A stretch of DNA of 64,000 nt from an uncultured Acidobacteriota bacterium (lineage in GTDB: Bacteria; Acidobacteriota; Thermoanaerobaculia; UBA5066; Gp7-AA6), in assembly GCA_963749265.1 (NCBI GenBank), contig CAVVML010000030.1:328-64327 (forward strand), in the 5' to 3' direction. Position 1 is the stretch's first letter; every line of letters starts with the position of its first letter. Of the stretch, positions 1 to 9,196 are shown piece by piece. Under the pieces are notes generated by a model that saw nothing but the letters and a program-made list of their open reading frames with translations, ran no database searches and was not told where the DNA came from. The position numbers were made by a program, and so were the translations under genes.

Positions 1-331
1 TCTGGCGGTCGGCCACGATGAGCAGGGCCTCGAGCTGGCGGAGCATCTTGTCGGTGCGCCAGTCCTTGGCGAGCTCGATCGCCGAGCGCTCGAGGTTGCC
101 GCGGTGCTCGTCGAGCTTGCCTTCGAAACGCGAGAAGAGGGCGAACGCGTCGGCCGAGGAGCCGGCGAAGCCCGCGATCACCGAGCCTCCCGCGAGCCGG
201 CGGATCTTGGCCGCCGTCTGCTTCATGACCGTGGTGCCGAGCGTGACCTGCCCGTCCGAGGCCATCGCGACTTTGCCGCCGGCCCTCACGCAGAGGACGG
301 TCGTCGAGTGCCAGCGAGGCGGTTTGGGCAT
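1..331 (-). CDS. hslV: ATP-dependent protease subunit HslV (ClpQ), 3' end outside window
   Basis: Manual translation [32 protein letters not shown]...[13 protein letters not shown]...[15 protein letters not shown]; Thr-protease signature. Not in the ORF track because it is truncated. Confidence 0.95.
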   Translation of the reverse strand, partial: MPKPPRWHSTTVLCVRAGGKVAMASDGQVTLGTTVMKQTAAKIRRLAGGSVIAGFAGSSADAFALFSRFEGKLDEHRGNLERSAIELAKDWRTDKMLRQLEALLIVADRQ

Positions 332-347
332 TGGCGAAGAGATTATC

Positions 348-1607
348 TCAAGCGGGCGGACGCGCATGCGTCGTCGAAAGCGCCCGGATCGCGGCCTCGA
401 CGACGGCGTCCTCTCCGCCCTCGGCCGCCGCGGGTCGGTCGGCGACGGCGACGTCGGGCTCGACACCCCGGCCCTCGTAGCTCTTTCCGTCGAGGCTCTC
501 GATCGCGCGCTCCGAAAACCAGAGCATCGAGCCGTCGGAGAGCTTGACCGCGGCCGCGCCGCCGCTCGCCATCCCGGCGGTGCGCTCGCCGACGATCGGC
601 CCGATCTTGTGAGCGCGGAACTTCAGCGCGAGCGCCTCGGCGTTGGACGCCGTGCCGGAGTTCGTCAGGAGGGCCACGGGCAGCGGCTTGTAGGCCGGGG
701 GCGTGAGGCGCCTGGCGTCGCGGGAGATCACGTAGTAGTCGGCGGCGTTCCACTGTCCGCGCAGAAACGTCGGGAGGATGTTGGGATCATAGCCACCGCT
801 GTTCCCGCGCACGTCCAGAAGGAAGCCGTCGATCTGAGAGAGGCCTCCGAGATTCGGCCGCGAGCCTTCAGCGCCCTTCGGGTCGGACAGCATGTCGACG
901 ATGGCGAGGGCCGCATCGGCGGACATGCCCCAGAGATGCGCGTACCCGTAGGCTTTTCCGTTCCTTCGGATGACGCGTGCACTTTTCCAGACGAGATCAT
1001 CGACGGGCGGTTCCGGGACGCGGACCAGTTCCTGAGTGGCCGATGTGTCGCTCGATCTCTGACGCCGGACCGAAACGGAAGAACCGGGCTCGCCCTCGAA
1101 GACGAAAAACAGGTCGCGGAAGTTGACGCGATCGCTTCCATAGGGCCGACCGTTCACAGACAGGACGCGGTCCCCGAGGCGAAAGCCCGCGCGTTCGGCC
1201 GGACCGCCGGGGATCACCCCCTTGACCGCATAGCCATCGCCGTCCTGGCCGATGCGCAGTCCCGCGGTCCCCCAGCCGTGTTCGGGGAGCCGGCCCGCGG
1301 GCACGCGGAACGTGTGGGAATCGCCGAGCGTCGCGAGGAGGCGATCGTAAATCTCGTTCTGGGCGTCGGGACTCGGGCCCCGGGCGAGAACCTCGGCCGC
1401 CTGCGCGACGGCGCCCTCCCAGTTCACACCCTTCAGCTTCGGATCCCAGAACCGCTCGCGGATCGTCCGGTCGATCTCGGATAGCAGCGGCGGCGGCGCC
1501 GCCGGCGTCCCTGTCTGCGCGGACAGGCACGCCGCGACCAGAAATGCCGAAACCCAGACGGGGCCGCAGAAGCGCCCTGAAACCCGCTCAGGCCTTCGGA
1601 TGCGCAT
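348..1607 (-). CDS. S41 family (tail-specific) peptidase with PDZ domain; true start probably slightly downstream
   Basis: PDZ-like [39 protein letters not shown] and IVGERTAG motifs; signal peptide-like N-terminus. Confidence 0.85.
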   Translation of the reverse strand: MRIRRPERVSGRFCGPVWVSAFLVAACLSAQTGTPAAPPPLLSEIDRTIRERFWDPKLKGVNWEGAVAQAAEVLARGPSPDAQNEIYDRLLATLGDSHTFRVPAGRLPEHGWGTAGLRIGQDGDGYAVKGVIPGGPAERAGFRLGDRVLSVNGRPYGSDRVNFRDLFFVFEGEPGSSVSVRRQRSSDTSATQELVRVPEPPVDDLVWKSARVIRRNGKAYGYAHLWGMSADAALAIVDMLSDPKGAEGSRPNLGGLSQIDGFLLDVRGNSGGYDPNILPTFLRGQWNAADYYVISRDARRLTPPAYKPLPVALLTNSGTASNAEALALKFRAHKIGPIVGERTAGMASGGAAAVKLSDGSMLWFSERAIESLDGKSYEGRGVEPDVAVADRPAAAEGGEDAVVEAAIRALSTTHARPPA

Positions 1608-2517
1608 TCCGGTAGACCTCGGCGAGCCTCGCGGCGTCGAGGTGCGTGTACTTCTGCGTCGTCGAAAGCGAGGCGTGGCCGAGCAGCTCCTGGATCGCGC
1701 GGAGGTCCGCGCCCGCCTGCAGCAGGTGCGTCGCGAAGGTGTGGCGCAGCGCGTGGGGCGAGATCTCTTCGGGAAGACCGGCGGCGCGCAGGCGGCGTTT
1801 CAAAAGCCGCGCCATCGAGCGCGGCGTGAGGCGTCCTCCCCGCGCGTTGACGAAAACGGGCTCGCCCCCGCGCGCGGCCGCCGGATCGGCGCGGTGGCGC
1901 AGGGCGTCTCGCGAGGGCAGGTACTCGCGCAGGGCTTCGGCGGCCGCTTCGCCGAAAGGCACGATCCGCTCGCGGCTCCCCTTTCCGGTGACGCGCAGGA
2001 GCCGCGAAGAAAAATCGACGTCCGAAAGATCGAGGCCCGCGGCTTCGGAGACGCGCAGGCCCGTCGCGTAGAGGAGCTCGAAGAGGGCGCGCTCTCGCTC
2101 GGGAACGAAGGCCTCGTTCTCGTCGGCCGAGAGCAGTCGCTCCGTGTCGCCGAGCGACATTGCCCTCGGCAGAGTCTTCGGGACTCGCGGCGAGGGCAGC
2201 CCGCGCGCCGGGTTCTTCTCGAGGTGGCCTTCGCGGCAGGCCCAGCGGAAGAACGAGCGCAGCGTCGAGAGGTGCCGGGCGAGCGACCGGTTCGCCAGCC
2301 GGTCCCGGTGGAGGTGGGCCAGATGGGAGCGCACGGCCAGCGTGTCGACTTTCGAAAGCGGCGTCTTCGCGGCCGGGGTGTTCGCGAACTCTTTCTCCCA
2401 GAAGCCCGCGAAGCGCTCGAGGTCCCGCCGGTAGGCCTCGACGGTCCGCGGGGAGAAGCGGCGCTCGTCGGCCACGTAGGAGGCGAAGCCTTCGATGGCG
2501 CGAGCCAGGGAAATCAC
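1588..2517 (-). CDS. xerC: Tyrosine recombinase XerC
   Basis: LYATGLRVSE, GKGSRER, HALRHTFATH and LGHASLSTTQKYTH; lies upstream of hslV. Confidence 0.9.
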   Translation of the reverse strand: MISLARAIEGFASYVADERRFSPRTVEAYRRDLERFAGFWEKEFANTPAAKTPLSKVDTLAVRSHLAHLHRDRLANRSLARHLSTLRSFFRWACREGHLEKNPARGLPSPRVPKTLPRAMSLGDTERLLSADENEAFVPERERALFELLYATGLRVSEAAGLDLSDVDFSSRLLRVTGKGSRERIVPFGEAAAEALREYLPSRDALRHRADPAAARGGEPVFVNARGGRLTPRSMARLLKRRLRAAGLPEEISPHALRHTFATHLLQAGADLRAIQELLGHASLSTTQKYTHLDAARLAEVYRNAHPKA

Positions 2518-2625
2518 CGTGACATCAGTTTAGCGCGCCGTCCGGCGCGACAGTGTAGCGGCCGTTCGGCGCGACATTGTCGCGGCCGTGGCAAATCGGG
2601 TTCTCTGAACGCATAATGCCCCGCC

Positions 2626-3897
2626 ATGGAATTGCGACCGTTTCGCTCGATTCGCTTCTCCCCGCGCGTCATCCGCGAGCGCGGGCTCTCGAACGTGTTC
2701 GCGCCGCCCTACGACCAGATCTCGCCGGAGCGGCAGGACCAGCTCTACGCCCGCGCGCCCGAGAACATCGTGCGCGTCACGTATCCGAAGAAGGAGGGCC
2801 CGGATCCGTACGCCGGAGCCGCGAAGACGCTGGCGGACTGGCTCGCCGGAGGGATCCTCGAGAAGGAGAAGCGCCCCGCGCTCTGGACCTACCGTCAGAT
2901 CTTCACGGAAGACGGAAAGACCATCGTGCGCGACGCGCTCGTGGGCCTCGTGAAGCTCGAGGAATACGAACGCGGAACGATCCGGCCGCACGAGCGCACG
3001 CTCGCGAAGCCCAAGGAGGACCGCCTCGCGCTGCTCTCGGCCACGAAGGCCGACCTGGAGCTCCTGTTTCTGCTGACGCGCGCGCGCCTCTCGGCGGCCC
3101 TGTCGACGCGGCGGGCGGCGGACCTCACGGCCACCGATACCGACGGCGTCCGCCACGACGCGTTCCGCATCTCGGACTACGCCGCGCACGTCGAGCTCCA
3201 GGGCCTGGTCAAGAACGCGGAATCGATCATCGCCGACGGCCACCATCGCTACGAGACGGCGCTCGCATTCTCGAAAGACCCGGCCGCCGAGAAGATGCCG
3301 GGCGCGAAGTACAAGCTGTGCGCGATCGTCGACATGGAGTCCCCGGGCGTGATCGTCCGGCCGATCCACCGGCTGCTCTCCGGAATGCCGGACTGGCGCC
3401 CCGTCAAGACGCTGCACGCGGCCCGCGACTACTTCGAGCTGCGCGAGCTCGGCTCGGCCCGGGAGGCCCACGACGCGCTCGAAGCGCACTCTCGCCGCTT
3501 CCCCGCGTTCGTGCTCTATGCCCCTCCGGACAAGCCCGTGCTCATGACGCTCAAGGAGAAGCCCGAGGCCCTCCCGTGGCCGGAGGGACGCTCGGAAGCC
3601 TGGAAGGCGCTGGACGTCGCCGCTCTGGAGGTCGCGTTCTTCGACAAGCTCCTCGGCATCCGCACCGACGCGATCGCGAAGGGCGAGCGCATCTCCTTCA
3701 TGTCCGACACCGACGCCGCCATCGAGGCCGTCGACTCGGGCCGCGCCCAGGCGGCGATCCTGATGCGCGCGACCACCGTCTCGGACGTCGACGCCGTGGT
3801 CGGCGCGGGAGACCGGCTTCCGCAGAAGTCGACCCACTTCTTCCCGAAGATGTACTCGGGCATCTTCGGCGTCGCGCTCGAGGACGCGGTCTACTAG
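2626..3897 (+). CDS. DUF1015 family protein
   Basis: APPYDQI, PHERT, IADGHHRYETA and PQKSTHFFPK motifs. Confidence 0.85.
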   Translation: MELRPFRSIRFSPRVIRERGLSNVFAPPYDQISPERQDQLYARAPENIVRVTYPKKEGPDPYAGAAKTLADWLAGGILEKEKRPALWTYRQIFTEDGKTIVRDALVGLVKLEEYERGTIRPHERTLAKPKEDRLALLSATKADLELLFLLTRARLSAALSTRRAADLTATDTDGVRHDAFRISDYAAHVELQGLVKNAESIIADGHHRYETALAFSKDPAAEKMPGAKYKLCAIVDMESPGVIVRPIHRLLSGMPDWRPVKTLHAARDYFELRELGSAREAHDALEAHSRRFPAFVLYAPPDKPVLMTLKEKPEALPWPEGRSEAWKALDVAALEVAFFDKLLGIRTDAIAKGERISFMSDTDAAIEAVDSGRAQAAILMRATTVSDVDAVVGAGDRLPQKSTHFFPKMYSGIFGVALEDAVY

Positions 3898-3903
3898 GAC
3901 CTG

Positions 3904-4722
3904 ATGGGGCTCGAGGCCGAAAAACGCGTCAAGGAGGCGGAGGAGCACCTGGCCGCAGGCCGGGTCGAGGACGCCATCGCCGCCTGCCGCGAGGCTCTTG
4001 CGATCCAGCCTGACTGCCTCGGGGCGCACGTGTGCATGGCGCATGCGAAGCTGCCGGGCGACGACTTTCTCGCCCATCTCGCCCGGTTTCACGAGACGCT
4101 GCGGCCCCGCGTGTATCTCGAGATCGGCGTCGACGTCGGCCGCACGCTCTCGCTCGCCCGGCCGCCGACCCGGGCCATCGGTGTCGATCCCGGAGCGAAG
4201 GGCGGGCGCGTGTTCGCGGCGACGACGATGCTCTTCACGCTCGAGAGCAACCTGTTTTTCCAAACGGGAGAAGCGGCGCGGGCGCTCGCCGGCGAGCCCG
4301 TCGATCTCGCGTTCGTGGACGGCCTGCATCTCTTCGAGCAGGCCCTGCGTGATTTTCAGAACATCGAGCGCTACGCGGGACCCGGCACCGTCGCGGTCTT
4401 CCACGATTGCCTGCCCATCACGGCCGCGACGGCGACCCGTGGCCGGGCGACGTCGTTCTGGACCGGCGACGTCTGGAAGATCGCGCCGATCCTCCGCCGG
4501 CTGCGTCCCGATCTCACGATCTTCCTGGTGCCGACGTATCCCACGGGGCTGCTCGTCGTCACCGGCCTGGATCCGCGCTCGCGCGTGCTCGAGGAGCGCA
4601 TGGACTCTCTGATCGCGGAGTGGACGCCGAAAGAGTGGAACGACGCGCCGTCGGAGCCGCCGATCCCGCTCGTTCCGAACGCCTGGGAGGCCGTGCGCGC
4701 GCGGCTGCCAACGTCGGCCTGA
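3904..4722 (+). CDS. Class I SAM-dependent methyltransferase (Methyltransf_24-like) with N-terminal TPR-like helix pair
   Basis: YLEIGV, VDLAFVDGLH, FHDCLP and WTGDVWK motifs. Confidence 0.8.
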   Translation: MGLEAEKRVKEAEEHLAAGRVEDAIAACREALAIQPDCLGAHVCMAHAKLPGDDFLAHLARFHETLRPRVYLEIGVDVGRTLSLARPPTRAIGVDPGAKGGRVFAATTMLFTLESNLFFQTGEAARALAGEPVDLAFVDGLHLFEQALRDFQNIERYAGPGTVAVFHDCLPITAATATRGRATSFWTGDVWKIAPILRRLRPDLTIFLVPTYPTGLLVVTGLDPRSRVLEERMDSLIAEWTPKEWNDAPSEPPIPLVPNAWEAVRARLPTSA

Positions 4723-4725
4723 CCT

Positions 4726-5064
4726 CTACTTCTTCGGAGCGAACCCCCGCACGTCGAACTTCACGAGGCTGTCGATCTGCTCCTTGGTGAGCTTCTTGCC
4801 GAACGGCGGCATGTCGTCCTTGCCCTCGGTCACGGCCTCGATCATGTCCGCGTCGCTCTCCTCCGCCTGGAATTCCGCGTCCGTGAAATCCCGAGCCTTG
4901 AGGTTCTTGCCGCGCTGCGTCTGCGCCTTGCCGTCCTCGCCGTGGCACTTCGCGCAGTACTGGAGGAACTCCTCCGACGGATGTTTCGGCTGGGCATAAA
5001 GGACCAGGCCCAGCCCGACGATCCCGCCGAAGACCAGCGCGGTGAGAAGACGCGTCCGACTCAT
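4726..5064 (-). CDS. Monoheme c-type cytochrome
   Basis: Signal/TM helix, YCAKCHG and distal MPPFG; ATG overlaps the SCO gene stop (ATGA). Confidence 0.9.
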   Translation of the reverse strand: MSRTRLLTALVFGGIVGLGLVLYAQPKHPSEEFLQYCAKCHGEDGKAQTQRGKNLKARDFTDAEFQAEESDADMIEAVTEGKDDMPPFGKKLTKEQIDSLVKFDVRGFAPKK

Positions 5065-5987
5065 CCTTTTCTCGCTTTCTGCAGGTCCTGGAGCACCGTT
5101 TCGGGCTCCCACTGCTCGCCGTAATACACGGTCGCCAGCTTTCCGTCGGGATCGACGATCGCGACCGCCTGGGAGTGCACGATCTGGGCCTTGTCGGGGT
5201 AGTAGAGGACGCCGAAGCGTTCCGCCACGCGCGCGACGTCCCGAGGATCGCCGGTCAGGAACTTCCAGCGCTTCGGGTCCGCGCCGACGTGCGCGGCGTA
5301 TTCCTTGAGCGCCGCGGGCGTGTCGTTTTCGGGGTCGACCGTGACGCACAGGAGGGCGCCGAAGTTCTCCTTCTTCAGCCCGGCGTCGATCTTCGAAAAC
5401 CGGGCCACCGTGAGCGGGCAGGCCGTCGCGATGGGACAGCGCGAGTAGACGAACGTCACGGCCACCGGCTGCCCCCGGAACTGGGAGAGCTTGACCCGGG
5501 CGCCGGTCTGGTCCGTGAGCGTGAAGTCCGGGATCGCGTCGCCGATCGCGACGCCCTTGTTGGGCTCGGGCTTGATGCCGGCGCCGCCGAACGGCGTCGG
5601 CGTCGGAACGAAGCCCTTGGTCAGCACTTCCTCGAGAAAGTAGGTCTTGCCGTCCACGACGAGCCGCGCCTCGATGCGGTCGCCGGGCCGGAGAAACGCG
5701 ATGACCTTGGGATCGTCCCGGATCGGAAAGGCCATCGTCATCGCGTTCATGAAGCCCGGGACCTCCTCGTGCTGCACGGTGATCTCCGCCCGCGCGGGAT
5801 CGACCTTCGTGATGACTCCCTTGAGGGGATACCGCTTCGCGTCGGGTCCGACGGTCGGCGCGGTCACGGCCGCGATCGCCGGTTTCGACGGGGCGTTCGC
5901 GGGAACCTCCGCTTTCCGGCAGGCGGCGACAAGCAGCAGCGCGAGCGCGGAGAGTGTGGCGGCGGAGAAGACGACAACTCGTTTCAC
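5061..5987 (-). CDS. SCO1/SenC family lipoprotein with N-terminal CusF-like copper-binding domain
   Basis: Lipobox VAAC, HEEVPGFMNAMTMAF, RCPIATACP, TVDPENDT and IVHS. Confidence 0.9.
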   Translation of the reverse strand: MKRVVVFSAATLSALALLLVAACRKAEVPANAPSKPAIAAVTAPTVGPDAKRYPLKGVITKVDPARAEITVQHEEVPGFMNAMTMAFPIRDDPKVIAFLRPGDRIEARLVVDGKTYFLEEVLTKGFVPTPTPFGGAGIKPEPNKGVAIGDAIPDFTLTDQTGARVKLSQFRGQPVAVTFVYSRCPIATACPLTVARFSKIDAGLKKENFGALLCVTVDPENDTPAALKEYAAHVGADPKRWKFLTGDPRDVARVAERFGVLYYPDKAQIVHSQAVAIVDPDGKLATVYYGEQWEPETVLQDLQKARKG

Positions 5988-6814
5988 GGCGCCCTTCCTA
6001 TCGGATTTTTGGTCCCGTTTTCAAAGGTTAAGGAGGCCCAAAGGCTCTTCCAGTCTGCATCCACGCCGGACGGCGCCGGCGACATGTCGACGGCTTTGAT
6101 CAGCCAGAAGCCCGGGCGCGCGAGGCGGAGCGTGGCGCGCCCGCGGCGGTCCGTGCGCGCGCCCGCCGTCACGCTCGGGTCCCCGTGGAGGTTGGCCTGC
6201 ACGAGCGCGCCGGCGAGCGGCTTCCCTTCGAGCAGCAGGACGAGGGGCAGCTCGCCGCCGGGCCCGAGGGCATACGGGTCTTTTTCCGCCACGAGCTCGA
6301 GCGTCAGGCCGATGGCGCGATCCTTTCCGGATTTACCGTCCCCGGCCTGGATGAGCGCCTTGGCGCAGCGCGAGAACACCTCGCGCGCCGGCTTGTCCGC
6401 CTCGCCCGCCTTCTTGCGCAGCGCGGAGATCTTCTCGAGCCCCTCTTCCTTGAGGTACTCCTCGAACTTCGCGGGCTCGACCGTGATCGGCGAGTCGAAG
6501 CTGCGGTAGCCCACGATCTGGAGGCCGGGCGACTCGGCGCGAATGACCCCGGCCGGGTCGCCTCCGGCGCGGCCCGGAACGTCGCGCTCGGCGCCGGACG
6601 GCGGGACGAGGACGAAGCGCTGGATGAGCTGCGGCACTCGTGGAAACGGCTCCCCTTCGAAGTGGGGGCCCACGAAGAGGCGAAGCTCGACGACCGAGCC
6701 GACCTCCGGCTGGAAAGTCGAGGGCTGGATCCAGAAGTCGTGCGCGGCCAGCCGCCCCGCGGCAAGAAACGCCGCGACAAGAACCGCAGCGCCCAGGAGC
6801 GGTCGCCCGCTCAT
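5984..6814 (-). CDS. DUF4198 family exported protein
   Basis: Signal peptide then AHDFWI; C-terminal WKSLWASLTF. Confidence 0.8.
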   Translation of the reverse strand: MSGRPLLGAAVLVAAFLAAGRLAAHDFWIQPSTFQPEVGSVVELRLFVGPHFEGEPFPRVPQLIQRFVLVPPSGAERDVPGRAGGDPAGVIRAESPGLQIVGYRSFDSPITVEPAKFEEYLKEEGLEKISALRKKAGEADKPAREVFSRCAKALIQAGDGKSGKDRAIGLTLELVAEKDPYALGPGGELPLVLLLEGKPLAGALVQANLHGDPSVTAGARTDRRGRATLRLARPGFWLIKAVDMSPAPSGVDADWKSLWASLTFENGTKNPIGRAP

Positions 6815-7788
6815 CCCGCCGCCGCGGGAACCGGGCGCGACGCGATGTAGTCGGCGAGCTTCGCGAGATCGACGTTGCCGCCCGAGAGCACGACGCCGAC
6901 CTTCCGTCCGCGGAAGTCGGCTTTCCGATGGCGCACGGCCGCCGCGGCCGCCGCGCCGGACGGCTCGATGAGCACCTTCATCCTCTCGAGCATCCAGGTC
7001 AGCGTCTCGATCATCTCGGCGTCGGAGACGAGGAGGATGTCCGCCACGCTCTGCTGGACGATCGGAAAGGTGAGCTTGCCCGGCGAGGTCACGCGCAAGC
7101 CGTCGGCGATCGTCGGGTTCTCCTTGACCTCGACGCGCGTTCCGGCCCGCAGCGAGCGTCTCGTGTCGTCGGCGGTCTCCGGCTCCGCGCCGTAGATCCG
7201 GATCTGCGGCCGCATGTGCTTCGCCGCGGTCGCCCACCCCGCGAGGAGCCCGCCCCCAGAGACGCAGACGACGAGCGTGTCGAGGTCGGGAACTTCTTCC
7301 AGGAGCTCGACCGCCCCGGTCGCCTGGCCGGCCATGATGAGCTCATCGTCGAAAGGCGGCACGAGCAGGGCCTTCCTCTCCCGCGCGATTTCGGCGGCCA
7401 TGTCGTCGCGGCTCTGGAGCTCGCGGTCGTAGAGAACGACCTCCGCCCCGTAGCCGCGCGTCGCGTCGACCTTTGACTGGGGCGCGTCCTTCGGCATGAC
7501 GATCGTCGCGCGGATCCCGAGAAGCTTGGAGACGAGGGCCACCGCCTGAGCGTGATTGCCCGAAGAAAAAGCGACGACGGCCTGGACGGGACCTCTCTCG
7601 CTCTCGGCCTTGATCTTGTTGTACGCGCCCCGGAACTTGAAGGCGCCGCCGCGCTGCAGGTTCTCGGCCTTGAAATGGACCTCGGCGCCGCACTCCGCGT
7701 CGAACTGCTTCGAGTGGAGGACGGGCGTGCGGTGGGCGACGCCCGCGAGGCGGCGGCGCGCGGCTTCGATGTCTTCCCAGCTGGGCAT
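6811..7788 (-). CDS. PLP-dependent threonine/serine dehydratase or serine racemase family protein
   Basis: KAENLQRGGAFKFRGA, SSGNHAQ, GGGLL and SGGNVD. Confidence 0.9.
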   Translation of the reverse strand: MPSWEDIEAARRRLAGVAHRTPVLHSKQFDAECGAEVHFKAENLQRGGAFKFRGAYNKIKAESERGPVQAVVAFSSGNHAQAVALVSKLLGIRATIVMPKDAPQSKVDATRGYGAEVVLYDRELQSRDDMAAEIARERKALLVPPFDDELIMAGQATGAVELLEEVPDLDTLVVCVSGGGLLAGWATAAKHMRPQIRIYGAEPETADDTRRSLRAGTRVEVKENPTIADGLRVTSPGKLTFPIVQQSVADILLVSDAEMIETLTWMLERMKVLIEPSGAAAAAAVRHRKADFRGRKVGVVLSGGNVDLAKLADYIASRPVPAAAG

Positions 7789-7798
7789 GTGGCTTCCC

Positions 7799-9142
7799 CT
7801 ACGTAGATACGACGGCCGCGGGCGCCGAGATCTGTTCCTTCCACTCCCCGATGGCCGCGAGCGCCCGATCGACCATCTTCTGGCGGCGCACCTGCTTGTC
7901 CCGCACGGGAGAGTGCGACGTGTCCTCGATCAGGCCGAACGTCACGTTCATGGGCTCGAACTTCTCGGACGGCGGCCGCTCCGAGCAGTGGCGGGCCAGC
8001 GAACCGATCGCCGTCGTGTACGGGATCGGAACGGGCTCCCTCCCCTCCAGGATCTGCGCGATCGCGAGGCCGACGGCGAGCCCGGTCGCCGCGCTCTCGA
8101 CGTAGCCCTCCACGCCCGTGATCTGGCCGGCGAAATAGATGCGGGGCTCCCGGCGCATCCGGAAGAAGCGGTCGAGGTGCGCGGGCGCGTGGATGTACGT
8201 GTTGCGGTGAAGCATGCCGTAGCGGGCGAAGACCGCGTTCTCGAGGCCGGGGATCATCCGGAAGACGCGTTGCTGCTCGGGGATCTTGAGCTTCGTCTGG
8301 AAGCCCACGATGTTGTAGTGCTCCTTCGCGAGATCGTCCTGGCGAAGCTGGACCACGGCCCAGGGGCGCCGGCCGGTCCTCGGGTCCGTCAGGCCCATGG
8401 GCTTCATCGGGCCGTGCCGCAGCGTTTCGCGTCCGCGCTGCGCCATGACCTCGATCGGGAGGCACCCTTCGAAGTAGACGCCCTTCTCGAAGTCCTTGAT
8501 CGGAACCGTCTCGCCCGCGAGGAGAGCGTCGATGAAGCGCTCGTACTCTTCGCGCGAGAGCGGACAGTTCCAGTAGTCCGCGCCCTCGCCTTTTCCGTAG
8601 CGCGACAGCGCGTACATCTTCGAAAAGTCGAGCGATGAGGCCTCGAGGATCGGCGCCATCGAGTCGTAGAAGTAGAGGTCCTCGGTGCCGAGGAGCTCGC
8701 CGATCGCGCGATCGAGCGCCGGCGAAGTCAGGGGGCCCGTGGCGATCACGGCGAAGCCCGAGGCCGGGATCGCCGTGACTTCCTCGCGGACGAGCTCGAT
8801 TTCCGGCCGCGCGGCGATCGCTTCGGTGACGAGGCCGGCGAAAACGTGGCGGTCCATGGCGAGAGCGTCCCCCGCCGGGACGGCGGCCTGCCTCGCGCAG
8901 CGGATCACGAGCGAGTCGAGGGCCTCCATCTCGCGCTTGATCAGCCCGACGGCGTTGCGCGGGTTATCCGACCGAAAGGAGTTCGAGCAGACGAGCTCGG
9001 CGCAGCGGTCGGTCTGGTGCGCCGAGGTCGTGACCTTCGGCCGCATCTCGTGGACGCGGACGCGATGGCCCCGACGGGCAAGCTGCCAGGCGCACTCCGA
9101 GCCGGCCAGGCCCGCGCCGACGATGGTGACGGATTCGTGCAC
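7799..9142 (-). CDS. trmFO: tRNA (uracil-5-)-methyltransferase TrmFO (Gid)
   Basis: GAGLAGSE, ELVCSNS, FEGCLPIEVMA and AGQITGVEGYVES. Confidence 0.97.
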   Translation of the reverse strand: MHESVTIVGAGLAGSECAWQLARRGHRVRVHEMRPKVTTSAHQTDRCAELVCSNSFRSDNPRNAVGLIKREMEALDSLVIRCARQAAVPAGDALAMDRHVFAGLVTEAIAARPEIELVREEVTAIPASGFAVIATGPLTSPALDRAIGELLGTEDLYFYDSMAPILEASSLDFSKMYALSRYGKGEGADYWNCPLSREEYERFIDALLAGETVPIKDFEKGVYFEGCLPIEVMAQRGRETLRHGPMKPMGLTDPRTGRRPWAVVQLRQDDLAKEHYNIVGFQTKLKIPEQQRVFRMIPGLENAVFARYGMLHRNTYIHAPAHLDRFFRMRREPRIYFAGQITGVEGYVESAATGLAVGLAIAQILEGREPVPIPYTTAIGSLARHCSERPPSEKFEPMNVTFGLIEDTSHSPVRDKQVRRQKMVDRALAAIGEWKEQISAPAAVVST

Positions 9143-9172
9143 GAAGGGGGATTCTACGGGGAGCCGGGATCC

Positions 9173-9196
9173 GGCCTTACTGCCTTACTGCCTTAC
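9173..9196. repeat. Octamer tandem repeat (T/G)GCCTTAC x3 overlapping the DUF2207 gene stop
   Basis: ggccttac tgccttac tgccttac. Confidence 0.8.

Noticed and set aside
1588-2517. Tyrosine recombinase as a prophage or island integrase
   Set aside because: Size, motifs and the trmFO-xerC-hslV context indicate housekeeping XerC; no phage genes or att sites were seen.
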